A stretch of 64,000 nt of DNA from Neocallimastix sp. 'constans' (lineage: Eukaryota): contig JBODTK010000118.1 of assembly GCA_050613775.1 (NCBI GenBank), forward strand, positions 62,001-126,000, in the 5' to 3' direction. Shown in pieces: positions 1 through 14,312 of the stretch. How positions within the stretch are numbered: position 1 is the stretch's first letter; the number at the start of each line of letters is the position of its first letter. Under the pieces are notes generated by a model. The model was not told the DNA's origin. It made no database searches and worked only from the letters and a program-made list of their open reading frames with translations. The position numbers were made by a program, and so were the translations under genes.

Positions 1-1307
1 TAGAATACTATATACTATAAATTATTATTCATTCTTTTTTACCATTTTATATTTATATCAATTAAATATTAAATTATTATTATTGTAAATAAATATATAT
101 ATAATAAATAAATCATAAATAAATACAATAACAAATATATGAATGAGTTTTAAGATAATAATTTTTTTTTTCTTTTTTCATGTGAAATCTTTTTAATTGA
201 ATTTTAAAAAGTTATTAAATTATTATTATTAATATTTTATAATTTTATTATTATTATTATTATTTTATTATTATTATTATAATTTGATTTGATTCATTAA
301 TTTATTTTCTTTTTCTCCATTCATTTTGTTGTTCCTTTGAAACATTTTTTTTTTCTTAAGTAAAAAAAAAAAAAAAAAAAAAAAAAGAAACAGATACATT
401 TTTTTTATATTGATATAATCAAACTTTACAAAAAAAAAAATTGGTCAATAAAAGTTAAAATTTGTGAACTTTTTAATTATTATTCAATTATTATTATTAT
501 TATTATTTTTTATAATTTTTTAACTTAAACTTGTACTTTTTTTTTTTATTCATATTGATAATATATCTTTATCTCTATTCTTTTGGTCAATAAAACTATT
601 AATTTATTTTTATATTATTTTTTATATTATTATTATTATTATTACCTATTTATTTATTAATTATTATTATTATTATTGGAAGGTTATTCTGATCTCTATC
701 ATCTCTATCTATTTCTTTTGGTCAATAAAACTAAAATTTAAAATTTTTTTTTATTATTATTAAACTTTTTTTTTTTTTTATTAAATATTCACTTAAAAAA
801 AATATATATATTAATTTTTATTAATTAAAACGTGTTTTGATTAAAAAAAAATTTTTTTTTCTTTATATATTGCATTATTGAATGTTGGTTACTTTTATAT
901 ATATATATAAATAATAAATAAAATCATATAGAATAAAATTACTTATTGATTATTGTTTTATTCATTCATTCATTTGTTTATTTATTCTTTTATTTCAAAT
1001 ATTTGATATTAATTATATATATATTATATGTATATTATATATTGTTTTAAATATTTTTTTATATTAATATAATTTTATTTTTATTTCTCTAATTATTTCT
1101 TTTATTATTATAATTTTCATTTTCATTTTCATTATTTTTTAAAGTATTTTTCTAATATTTAAAAAAATACATAAAATGAGGATGAAAGATTTAGATTTTT
1201 TTTGGTTTTTGGTTCTTTTTTTTTTTTTTTTTTTTTATAAAAAAAAACTTGAATCAAAATTCAAATTCAAATTCAAATTCAAATTCAAATTCAAAATCAA
1301 ATCAAAT

Positions 1308-1427
1308 AAATAGAATAAACTAAAATAAATATTTAAAATATAAATGTAAAGTACAGATTGAATAAAATAGAATAAACTAAAATAAATATTTAAAATATAA
1401 ATGTAAAGTACCGATTGAATAAAATAA
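1308..1427. repeat. Two-copy ~58-bp tandem duplication
   Basis: AAATAGAATAAACTAAAATAAATATTTAAAATATAAATGTAAAGTAC(A/C)GATTGAATAAAA occurs twice in tandem. Confidence 0.8.
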
Positions 1428-4400
1428 AATAAAATAAAATAAAATTTGACAATATTAATAATAATAGAAAAAAATTAAACAGAAAATAATTATCCATTGT
1501 TTTTAATTTTTAATTATTATTTAATTAATATTTTATTATTATTATTATTATATAAAATTATTTATTGCTATAATTATTATTATATAAAGTTATCTATTGT
1601 TATCATTATGTAAAATATATATATATATAAATATATACTTTATTATTTATTATATAAAATTGTTTTATTCTGTTTATGATAATGTTGATTTTTTTAATTT
1701 ATAATATTGGACTATTTAATAATAATTTGAATTAGTTTATCTAAAATATTAGTGTTTGATGAAGTGGAATAATATTTTTTCTTGTAAAAATATATCTAAA
1801 ATTATCTATAATTATTAATTTATACTAATTATTAATTTATACTTATTAATTTATCCTATTATAAATTTACTATCCATTATTAGTTTTTATTTTTCATTAT
1901 TATTATTATTATTTTTTATTAGTAATATTCAGTATCTATATATATATTGTAAAGTGGTTATTTTAGGTTTACTCAATTAAAATATAATAAATAATAATAT
2001 AAATTATTTATTCAATATTTTTTTTCTTTCAACCTATAATAATATATTAATTTTTAACCAACCTATTCATTTTAATCATCAAAAACAAAAAGTATTTCTA
2101 TTTTTATTTTTATATAATATTTTTTTAATATTTTAATTATTAATTATTTTCTATATTTTATATATAATAAATATATATATATTTTTTAATTTATTTTCTA
2201 TAAAAAATAGTATTTCATTTCTAATATCATTGGATAATGTTTATTTATTATCCTTTATATATTAACTAGTGTGAATTTTTTTATTTTATTTTTTTAAATA
2301 AATAAATAAATAAATAAATAATAAATAAATAAATAAATTGAATATTTAAGTAGTTGTATTTAAAAGTTTTCTTTATATTTATATTTATATTTATTGTAAT
2401 CTTTTATTTATTTAATAATATTTATTGTATTAATATTAATGTCATTATTGCTAACGTTTTACTTTTTACTTTTTTTTTTTTTTTTTGTTGTTTTTTATTT
2501 ATTTAAAGCATATTAATATAATAAATATATTATATCTTATATCATTATTCAACAACATCAATAGATTGAGACTATTTTTATTCTTTTCTTTGTTTTGTAC
2601 TGTTTTGTTTTGTTTTCATTTTTTTTTATGTTTTACTTAATTATATTTAAATATTTAAACCACCGTTTTTTCTTTTTTTCTTTTTTTCTTTTTTTCTTTT
2701 TTTCTTTTTTTTTTTTTTTTAAACATTTTAAATTTAAACTTTAAATTTAAAGAAAGACAATAAAATTAAATTTAAAATAATAATGAAGAAAAAAAAAAAG
2801 TACAAATAAAAAGGTCATTTGAATGATGAATAATTAATCATCTTTAATTTTAATTTTTATTTTTTATCTTTATTCATTTATTTTTATCTTTTATTCATTT
2901 ATTTTTATCTTTTATTCATTTATTTTTATCTTTATTCATTTATTTTTGTTTTTAATTTTTTTATTCATCTATTCATCTATTCATTTATTTTTTTATTCAG
3001 TAATTTTTTGTATTATGTTATGAATAATATGTATAAATAATGAAAGTCAACTTTAATTATTTCAATATCACCAATTTGATGATCCATGATTTCTATTTTG
3101 TCTTATTGACAAGTTGACTAAAACTTTATCTTATAATAAAATTTTTTTAAAATATATAAAATTTAATATAAATATTAAAATATATTATATTTTAATTTTT
3201 AATATGATTATCTTTAATAGTCATTATACTAATTAAATTTAATAAGTGTCTATTTAATCGTAATAAAATTATTTTATATAATAAATGTATATTAATATTT
3301 AATTAATCTATAATGTTTTTAATGAGTTAAAAACCTTTTTTAATAATGAATTGTATTAATTGATTTATAAAATACACATATTTATTATTTATTATTTATC
3401 AATAAGTATTCTTATTATTTATTATATTTATTATTTATTTTTTATCAATAAATATTTTTTTTTTATTCTTTTTATTACTTACTATTTAATTGTTTAATTA
3501 TTTATCTATTATTTATTAATAAATACTCTTTTTATCATTTATTATTTAATTACTACTATTTTTTTTTATTTTTTTTTTTATTTTTTTTTTTATTTCATGT
3601 TTTTTTCTTTTATATATTATATAACAACATAATGAAACATTACAAATATAAAAATTATAAAAATAATAATTTAGTTATATTAAATTTAATTTATGCTTTA
3701 TTTTTTCATTTATGTTGTTTTAACATAAAAAAAAATAAATTAATTAAAAATAAAATTTTTTTTCTTTTTTTTTTATTATTACTTTAAAAAAATATAAAAT
3801 TTGTTGAATGAACGATTGACCGTTCAAAAAAAAAATAATAAAAAATAATTAATAAAAAAAATTTTTTTTATTCATTTATTTATTTTAATTCATTTATTTA
3901 TTTTAATTCATTTATTTATTTTAATTCATTTATTAGTTATTTTAATTCATTTATTAGTTATTTTAATTCATTTATTAGTTATTTTAATTCATTTATTAGT
4001 TATTGTTTTTTTTTTTTAATTTTTTAATATTTTTTTTTTCATACTAAAGTTTTGGTGTAACCAATGTTTGAATGTCTCGTTTTTTTTTTTATTTTTTAAT
4101 TCATATTTATTTAATTAATTACTATTTATTTATTATATCATGTAACATTTTATTATTATTCTTTTTATTAATGAATGAATGAATTTAAGAATCATGATAA
4201 AAAGTGTTACAATTCTTTTAATATTTATTAAACTTTTTATATTTATTTTATTAATTATTAAAGTTTATTTACATATTGTATGGGTTAGGCTCAACATTAT
4301 TTACTAAATAATAAATTTTATTATTATTTATTTTTTTTATTATTTTAATTTAAATGGTTTAAATAGTTAAATTTAAATAAAATTAATAAAAATCCCAAAA

Positions 4401-6043
4401 TAATTAATTTTTTTTTTTTTAATTCTCAACCCAATATAAATTAAAATTTAATTTAAACCCATTTTAATATATTATTTATTTATAAAATAAAAAAAAGTAA
4501 AAAAGAATAATAATAATATTTTTATATCATTTTTAAAATATTAAAATATAATAAAATAAATAAAATATAGGAAAGAAATGAATTATAATAATGAAATATA
4601 AAAAAAAAAAAGGATTTATGTAATTATATAAAAAAAATTCATATATAATGAAAGAATAATGTATACTGAGAATATCTATTAATAAGTAATTGTAAGAAGT
4701 ATTTATAAATCATAACAAATAAAAATATTTATTATTAAATATTACAAAATAAAATAATAAGAAATCATTAAATAATTAATCAAATAAAACAAAATTAATT
4801 ATTAAAAAATTAAATTTAAACAAATAAAATTATAAAAAAACAAAAAATTAAATTTAAACAAATAAAATTATGAAAAACCAAAAAATTAAATTTAAACAAA
4901 TAAAATTTTTGAAAAATCAAATAGGTAGAATGAGAATAATAGTAAAAATTAAGTAAAAATTATTAATAAATAATCTTTAATTTATATTAATGGTACAATT
5001 AATAATACAAATAAAATGAAAGGATGAGATATGTTTTATTAATCAAAACTACAGGACTAACAATAATAACAACTAATTAAATAATACAATAATACAATAA
5101 TAAAATAATAAAATAATAAAATAATAAAATAATAAAATAATAAAATAATAAAATAATAAAATAATAAAATAATAAAATAATAAAATAAATAATAAATAGT
5201 TGAATAATAAATAATAAATAGTTGAATAATAAATAATAAATAGTTGAATAATAAATAATAAATAATAAATAATAAAATAATAAAATAATAAAATAATAAA
5301 ATAATTAAATAATACAATAATACAATAATAAAATAAATAATATTAATAGTTTTTGCAATATTAATTATGTTGGTGATATTAGTAATGTTACTAATATAAA
5401 TTATTTTAGTGATATTAATTATCTTACTAATATTAATTATTTTAGTGATATTTATAATAATATTAATAAATAACAATAATAACAATAATTAATTTATATT
5501 TAGAACAAAATTATACCTATTATAAATATATAGATCTATAAATATTTTAAATATATATCTACTTCATATTTTACACCTAGTTTATATTTTGTATCTATTT
5601 ATATTAAATATATTATTTTTAAATAATAAATGAAAGAGTTCACTTGAAAATAAAACCCAAAAAAGATAAAAAAAATGATAAAAATAAAAATAATCAAAAA
5701 ATAAAAAATTATATAAAATAAAATTAAAAAGTTTAATTTTTAATAAATTTATATTTAATTTATATATAATAATAGAGTAACCAACAATAAAATAAATATA
5801 AGAACTAAATATAAAAAATAAACTTTATATACACATAATAATATATTGTAATATATATACCATATATAATATATGTTATTCAATATATTATAATGTAAAA
5901 GTATATATATATTGATAAAAAAAATCAAGTTTTAAATTTTTATAAAATAAAATAAAATAATAATAAATAATAAATATATAGAATAATAAATAATCAATAA
6001 TTGAATAATTGAATAATTAAATAATCAAATAATAAATTATAAA

Positions 6044-6077
<34 letters not shown>

Positions 6078-6202
6078 AATCTCTTCTTTCTCTCTTTATA
6101 TTAAAATTTTCCTTTCCTCTCTTTTAATTAATTTGATATTAAACTTTAATTATTAATAAATTATTATTTTTTATTTTATATTTTACATCATTATTTTTTC
6201 AA

Positions 6203-6244
<42 letters not shown>

Positions 6245-6803
6245 GAATAAATATAAAGAGTATAAAAAAACTTTTTTTTTTCGTATTTTTTATTTTAATT
6301 TTTTTTTTTTTTAAAATAAAGTTTTTTTTTTTATATGTATATATATAAAAAGAAAATATAGTTATTAAATAGAGTGAATATAATTTAAGTGAAAAGTTAT
6401 TTTAAAAAAAAAAAATAAAAATTAAAATTAAAATAATTTCCTTATTAAAAAAAAAAGAAACAATTTAATTTTTAATAATATAGTCAAAAAATAAAATTGT
6501 CAATTTAAAAGGAAAGAAAAGAGAGGAAAAAAAAAATAACTTAAGAATAGAATTTAAATGCTTCATTCCATCCTCAACAATTAAATTTTGATGGAATTGA
6601 AGAAAATATTAAATATACATATATATATGAATAATTTAAACAGTTATATAAATTATATTGAATATAATTATTACCTTTAAAAATAGATATAAATAAAATT
6701 AATATTTTAAATTAAATAGAAATAATTAAAAATTAATACAATAATAAAACTATAATAATAATAAAAAACATACTTATACCTTATATATAAATATAATATA
6801 AAA

Positions 6804-7077
6804 ATGAGTAATTTAAATAAGCTGGAATTTTATAAATTATTCAACATTGATAAAATAAATTTCAATGAAAGTGATTTAAAAAAGGTAAAAAAAAAAAAAA
6901 AAGAAAGCGACAACGACAATAATAATAAAAAAGAATATATACATTTTATTATATAGTATAAATATTTTTTATAAAAAAAGGAAATAAAATATTAATAAAA
7001 ATTTTTTTAATATTATATTTAATATCAATAATGAAATATTTATTTTTTAAAAAAAAAAGGCTTACTATAGGGTAGGA

Positions 7078-7113
<36 letters not shown>

Positions 7114-9780
7114 TAATAATAATAATAATAATAATAATATATATTTCAATAAAAAAAGTTATTAAATTTTTTAATATATTTCTATTTATAATAATTATTA
7201 TTTATATTATCTATTTATAGCTATCACTGAAATATCAACCTGAAAAAGGTTCAAAAATGGGTGATATGATAAAATATGTTAATAAAGCATATGAAATATT
7301 AAGTAACTCTGAAAAAAGGTAATTATTATTTGCTATTTCTCTTTATTATTTAATAAGCTATATAAAATTATTTATTTACTTTATTAATTTATTTTTAATA
7401 AAAAAATTTTTTTTGATGTCTAACAACTTATATATATATTTGTATATATAGAAAAATATATAATGAGCATGGAATGGAAGCATTCAATGGGGTTGAAATC
7501 AAAGATGAATATTTAAAATTTATCGAAAAATCATCACCTCATAAGAAATTGAATGATTTTGAAGTTTCGATTTTTGATGACTTAAATGAAAGTTCTTTAT
7601 TTAGATATGATGGTATATATATATAAATATTTAATAAAAAATATTTATAATTTTTTTTATATATAATATTGGTAGAAACAATAAATACTAAAATATTATA
7701 TTTTAATAATAATAATTATAATAAATAAATAAAGAATCAAGTGAAGATTTAACAAATGATGTATTAAATTATTCTTATTTAAGTACTGGTGTAAAATATG
7801 AAGAAGAAGAAGTCGTTGGTGATATATTACCAAAGGTAAAATATTATATTAAATAGTAATAAAGTAAAAAAAAAAATTTTTTTTTTTCATATTTTTATTT
7901 TTGATAATCGATATATAATTAATTATACTTTTCTTTTTTTTATTATTTAAATAGCTTAATAATTATAAAATAGATGTTACTTTAGAAGAATTATACCGTG
8001 GATGCGAAAAGCAAATTGAAATCCAAAGAAAAATTATTTGTCCTGAATGTTTTGGGTAAATATATATATATATATTAGTATTTATATCTATCAATACTAA
8101 TAAAATAATAAAATAAATAAAAGTAATAATATGATAATAATAATATTAATAAAAGATTACTAATAAATTAAATTATATTTAATAATATAATAGAAATAAT
8201 GAAACTTATGTAGTTTGTGATAGTTGTTTAGGTAAATATAATCATAGCAGTAATAACAATGAAATATAATATATTATAATTTTAATATATATATATATTT
8301 ATATATATAATTTATTTTAAAAATAATAATTATTTTAATTAAATACTAATATTATTATTAATATAATATTTAAAATTTAAAAGGTTCTGGCGTTACTTAT
8401 AATGTAAATTTTGAAAAAGAACTCCCTTGTAAAGATTGTAGTGGCTATGGAAAAAGAAAAGTTATCCGTGAAAAATGTAAAAATTAAAAAAGAAAAAACA
8501 AATATATATATATTTTTCATTATATTTAATTATATAATTACATGTATAAATTAATGTATAAAATGATATATGTAAGTAATATTTTAATTAAATATATATA
8601 AAAAAAATAATTTAATATAATTAATAGGTTCAAATTGTAATGGGGAAGTCACTATATATGAATCAAAAAATTTGGTAAGTTAAAAGTTTATAAAATTTTT
8701 ATTATAAATATTATAGTCATCGAATCAATAATAATAATATTAATTATTATTATTATTATTTTTTTTTCATTCAATAAGGTGGCACATATTCGTCCAGGTA
8801 TGAAACATAATGAAAAAATTATATTTAAAGGTGAAGGAGATCAATCTCTTCAATCTCCACCAGAAGGTAAATTTTTTTTAAAAAAAAAAAATACTTATTA
8901 TTTATTAATTCTCTAGATATTTATATTAAAATTTATAATTTTTATTTTTTTTTAAATTTTGTATAAAAAAAAAAATTAATAGATATTGTTGCCTATATTA
9001 ATGTTTTACCTCATCCACAATATTCTTATAGTGGAAATGATTTAATTATCAATGTAAAAATTACATTAAAGGAAGCTTTATGTGGATTACGTAGAAGTAT
9101 GTTAATTAAAAATTAATATATATTTCTATATATTATGATATATATGATATTTAAAAATGTTATTAATAATATTAAAAAAAAAAAAAAAATTAATCAATAT
9201 TTTATAAATTTTAATAATCCTTTTGTCAATAATTCTTATGTAGGAATAAAATTTTTAGATGGTTCTTACTTAAGTAGTGAGTATTTATATTATTATTATT
9301 CTATTATTATTATTATTTTTATTTTTAATAATACAGATTTATAAATACTAAACCCCCAAATTTAATTTATTATTATTATTAGTTATGACTAATCCTGGTG
9401 AGGTTATTACCCCTAATTCTGTAAAAAGTTATAAACATAAGGGTCTTATTAAGGTACTTTTCGTATATAATAATAATAATATATGTTATTATTATTAATT
9501 TTTTTTTATAATTTAAATAAATTATAAAAAAATATATATAATAAATTTATTAATAACATTTATATCGTGTATATGTAAATTTGTCACAAAATTTTAATAT
9601 ATAACATTTTATTAATAGAATGTTGGTTCTAAAGTTAAAGGAAATTTGAAGATTAAATTCCATGTTCAATTTCCAGAAAATAATTGGACAAGTCTTGAAG
9701 ATATAAAGGTAAAACCCATATATATATAATATATATAATATATGAAAGAAAAAAATTAATAATAATAATAATAATAATAA

Positions 9781-9820
<40 letters not shown>

Positions 9821-12054
9821 GATAATAATTAATAAAAAAAAATTTTTTTTTTATTGTAATAGATTTTGGAAAATATTCTTGGTAAGAGTAGTTCTGATAA
9901 ATCTATGACTAATGAAAATAAATATCTATCTGTAAAAAGAGAACATACTAAAAGAGAATACCACCTAGAAAAGAGAAAGGATTATCCTTCCCCAGAAACT
10001 TCTTTATCTTCCTTATCTATAAATTCAAGTGGATCTTCAAATTCAAATAATAGTACAGGTGTCAAAAAACTTCAACATAAGAAAAGTGTCATTGATACCT
10101 TCTATCAATGTGATATCGAAGCTGAAGGTGAAAAGATGCCAAGAACTATTTCTGTAGTAGATCCCTCTAAATTAAAAGAAATTAATCCTCCAAGAACTGT
10201 ATCCGTAATTGATTCGGTTATTATGCCTTTACCTGGTGATAATTCTATGAGTTCTTACAATGATGATGATGAGGAAATAGAAAATTATTCAGAAGTTAAT
10301 CCTTCTCCAAGTATGTCTTTACGTCGTTCTCCTCTTTCTAAACCAATTCAAACTTCTACTCCTACTCCTACTCCAGCACAAAATCCAATTGCTACGCCCA
10401 AACCAAATTCTCCTCTTGCTCCTTTAACTCCTTCTAAAATGAATTCTTCTTCTTCTTCTCCTTCTTCTTCTTCTTCAATTCCTGTACCAACTATGCCAAT
10501 ACCAGCAGTACCAACAACAATGAATAATTCTTTACCTCCACACAAATCAAATCCTACTGTTACTCATTCTATGGTAAATTCTTCTTCAATTCCTGTACCA
10601 ACTATGCCAATACCACCAGTACCTTCAAAAGCTAATTCTCTTACTTCATCATCAGCATCTATCTCTTCTTCTTCCTCCAATACAAATACTACTACTACTG
10701 CTAGTAATAATAAAATGCTTGTTAATCGTTCCTCTAGTGTAAAAAGTGTGAAAAAACATCATAAATCTGTTATGGTAAGATCCGCAAGTTTAAAGAATAT
10801 TAAAACTACCATGGCTTTAAATAATAGTAATAATAATAATACTAATAGTAATAATAATAAAACTTCTCCAAAACATAACAATATTAAAGTAACTCATAAT
10901 CCAATGAGTGGAAGAGTTTCACCAAGTCCAATGAGTGGTAGAGTCTCACCAAATCCTATGAGTGGTAGAGTTTCCCCAAATCCTATGAGTGGTAGAGTTT
11001 CCCCAAATCCTATGAGTGGTCGAGTTTCCCCTAGTCCAATGAGTAGTGTTAAAGTTTCTACCCCAATGACAACTAAAGTAACAACAAATCCAATTAGTAT
11101 TAAGGCTTCCCCTACTAAGATTATCCCTAATCAAATGAATGATAAAGTATTACCTAGCCCAATGAGTGCAAAAATAATATCAAATCCTATGAGCGCTAAA
11201 CTTTCTACCAGTCCCTTGAGTGCTAAGGTATTACCTAGCCCAATGAGTATTGATGTTGATGTTGATGTTAATGTTAAAGCAACCCCAGTGTCATCTTCCA
11301 TTTCTACTTCTCCAAGCCATAAAGCTACACAGCCTAGTATTAAAACTTCTCCAAGTCATAAAGCTACCCAACCTGTTATTAAAACTAAAACTTCACAAAA
11401 TTTACAGGCTGTCAGAAGAAATGATGATAAGGGTGTCATTTATACAAATGAAGAAACTTTTAAAACTATTAAGGTTGTTCCTAATAAAACAGCCGTTGTT
11501 ATCAATAAAAATGTGAAATCTCCTAAGGAGTTAGAGTTGGCAGAATGTAATAATAAGAAGGTCATAGATAATAGTAAGAATGAATTTGTTCCTCCACCTT
11601 TACCTCCCTTCCCAAAAATTACCAATAAACATTTGAATCATACTCGTTCCTCCAGCCTTGAACATAATTATTTTAAAAATTCTTATAACTTTACCTCCAA
11701 CAACAACAACAACAACAATAATACGAACAGCAATACCACTAATAATTCTAATACTCTCCCCTCTAAAGGAAATATCCTTAAGCATAGTAATACCTTTCAT
11801 TCAAAGGAAAGAAGTCCAAAATCATCGGCAGCAGCTATGAATTTTGGTCATAGATCCAATACCATGGAACTCATTAATTATTCTCATTCACATAAAAATC
11901 AAAGTAAGTTTTTTTTTTTTTTTTTTTTTTTAATAATATACAATAGGATCATAAAATTAATATAGTTTTAATATATAAATAAGTAAATTCAAATACTAAT
12001 GAATAATTTTTTTTTTTTAAATTTAATTTTTATTTTATTATTATAGATATTTAA
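6804..12054 (+). CDS. Type I DnaJ/Hsp40 (Ydj1/Mas5/DNAJA-like) protein with degenerate J-domain (HPD->QPE) and long low-complexity C-terminal extension; 16 exons, ~1058 aa
   Basis: Hand-spliced exons 6804-6884, 7060-7071, 7221-7318, 7452-7612, 7735-7835, 7955-8055, 8194-8231, 8384-8476, 8628-8674, 8779-8866, 8983-9096, 9244-9276, 9383-9453, 9619-9708, 9863-11903, 12047-12054, all GT..AG, total 3177 nt in frame. Translation gives J-domain (DLKKAYYRLSLKYQPEKG...VNKAYEILSNSEKRKIYN), VTLEELYRG, four CxxCxG zinc-finger repeats (CPECFG, CDSCLGSG, CKDCSGYG, CSNCNG) and the DnaJ C-terminal domain (HIRPGMKHNEKIIFKGEGDQ; ITLKEALCG; GNLKIKFHVQFP). The 8-nt last exon is the least certain part. Confidence 0.88.
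10901..11250 (+). repeat. Coding 27-nt tandem repeat (PMSGRVSP[N/S]) x5 followed by degenerate 9-aa copies
   Basis: Visible in ORF 9866-11965; DNA copies differ mainly at synonymous positions (gga/ggt, aga/cga, gtt/gtc, tca/tcc). Confidence 0.9.
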
Positions 12055-12580
12055 ACAATATATTTTTAAATAAATTCATAAAAGTACTCATTCTATGATT
12101 TTTAATTATTAATTTTTAATAATTATTTAACTTTTTTTTTTTTTTTTTAAAAAAAAAAAAAGAGTATGAACAAAAATAATTTAATAATCATTTAGAAAAA
12201 AAAATAATAATGATAATTAAATTTATTTATTTTTATTTTATTATATTTTTAGTTTTTAATAACAATAATAATTTTTTAATAGAATTATTTTTTTTTTTTT
12301 TTTTAAAAGTTAAACGAAAATACATATATTAGAAAAAAGTACTTTTTTTAAATTTATTTATTTAATATATACATTGAAACAAAAACGAAAAACAAATTTA
12401 AATATAAATTAAAAAAAAAACAAAAAAACAAAAAAACAAAAAAAAAAAGGAAATAATAACAAAAACCAAAATCAAAATCAAAATCAATCATACTAATCTA
12501 TTATAATAGAATAGTATTTTAAAAAGAAGAAAAAGAAAAATTTTAGAATTATTTTTAATTTTTATAAATTAATAATACCA

Positions 12581-12626
<46 letters not shown>

Positions 12627-13264
12627 AGCAAACAAATCAAACAATTTAAAAATTAAAAAAAAAAAAAAAATTATTATTACTAATATATAAAAATAAAAAT
12701 AATATAGTTTTTAAAAAAGAAGAAGAAAAAAGAAAAAAAAAAATTTTTTTCTTCTATATATTATTTTTTATTTTTTTTTTTATTTATAAAAGAAAAACGT
12801 ATAATAGTAATAATAAGTTTATGTTATTGATATTTATTAATAGTAATACTATTATTTATATAAAAAATTAAATATTAAATATTAAAATAACAAAAATAAC
12901 AAAAAACAAAAAACAAAAAAAAAAAAAAAAAAAATAACAAAATAACAAAAATAGAGAATATAGAAAACAAAAACAAAACATATATATATATATATAAAAT
13001 AATAATAATTATAGTAATTATAGTAATAAGTAAATTTTTTTTATATAGTAATCAGTAAAATTTAATAATAAGTATTTATTAATAGAAATAATTAAAAAAG
13101 ATAGAAATAATAATTATAATTATAATAATAATAATAATCATTAAATTTAAATTTTTTTAAAAAAAAATTTTTTTATTTTATTTTATAATATATATATTTT
13201 ATTTATCTTTATTTGTCAATTTTTGTAATATATATTTTTATATTATATATATTATATAACAAAG

Positions 13265-13310
<46 letters not shown>

Positions 13311-14069
13311 CAAAAATAAAATAATAAAATAAAAATAATAAAATAAAAATAATAAAATAAAAATAAAAAAATAAAAATAAAAAAATAAAAATAATAAAAT
13401 AAAAATAATAAAATAAAAATAATAAAATAAAAATAATAAAATAAAATGTTAAAAAAAAAATTTAATAATAATAATTAATAGTTTTTAATAGTTTATTATT
13501 AATATTATTGTAATATAAATATATAAATATATATATTATTTTATTTTATTTTTTTTTCTAAATTCCAAATTGTTTAAAAAAAAAAAAATATATTATTAAT
13601 ATTATTAATATTACAGAATTAAAAACTATCTATATTTATATATAAAATAAATTTAATAATCATTTACATGTTTTCTACATATTCTATAAAAAAAATATTC
13701 ACATTTTCTAACAATTATAATTGAATGAAATAATAAAATAAAATAATAAAATAAAATAATATAATAAAATAATAAAATAAAATAATAAAATAAAATAATA
13801 AAATAAAATAATAAAATAAAATAATAAAATAAAATAATAAAATAAAATAAAATAATAAAATAAAATAATAAAATAAAATAATAAAATAAAATAAAATAAT
13901 AAAATAAAATAAGGTATATATATATTTTACATTTATTCAATATACGTCCAAAATCTAAATATATATAAAATAGCATAGTTATATCATCAATATATATTAT
14001 TGTGTGTGTGTGCTTTTTTTTTTTTTAAAAAAAAGTTAAATATATATTATATATAATATGTAATACAAT

Positions 14070-14263
14070 TATTTGAAAAAAAAAGCCTACGACGCTGTTC
14101 CCATTTTCAACATTACTACAAAAATCTTTTCACTTTGGTATTCGTGAGACAAATGTTTTGATTTCATTTCTAAGTTCTATCTTACTTCTAAAGCTAGAGC
14201 TCGTTTACCTTGATAGATTAATCAAATGAATTTCCTATTCATCGTGAGGATGCTCGTTAACTC

Positions 14264-14312
<49 letters not shown>

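Noticed and set aside
416..745. Three copies of TTGGTCAATAAAA with similar flanks
   Set aside because: Probably an old local tandem duplication; nothing supports a regulatory role.
5057..5485. 142-aa hydrophobic minus-strand ORF (also 13653-13976, 47856-48377, 50746-51054, 22942-23124, 30569-30760, 62081-62293)
   Set aside because: These are translations of AT microsatellites (I/L/F/Y repeats) with no coding complexity.
1..6800. Searched for tRNA, rRNA or coding exons in the long intergenic stretches (also 45200-52900)
   Set aside because: Almost no G/C; I found no cloverleaf, rRNA motif or spliceable reading frame by eye.
10348..11840. Several overlapping short ORFs within the large DnaJ exon (likewise 37743-38432 and 53076-53363)
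   Set aside because: Shadow frames of low-complexity coding exons.
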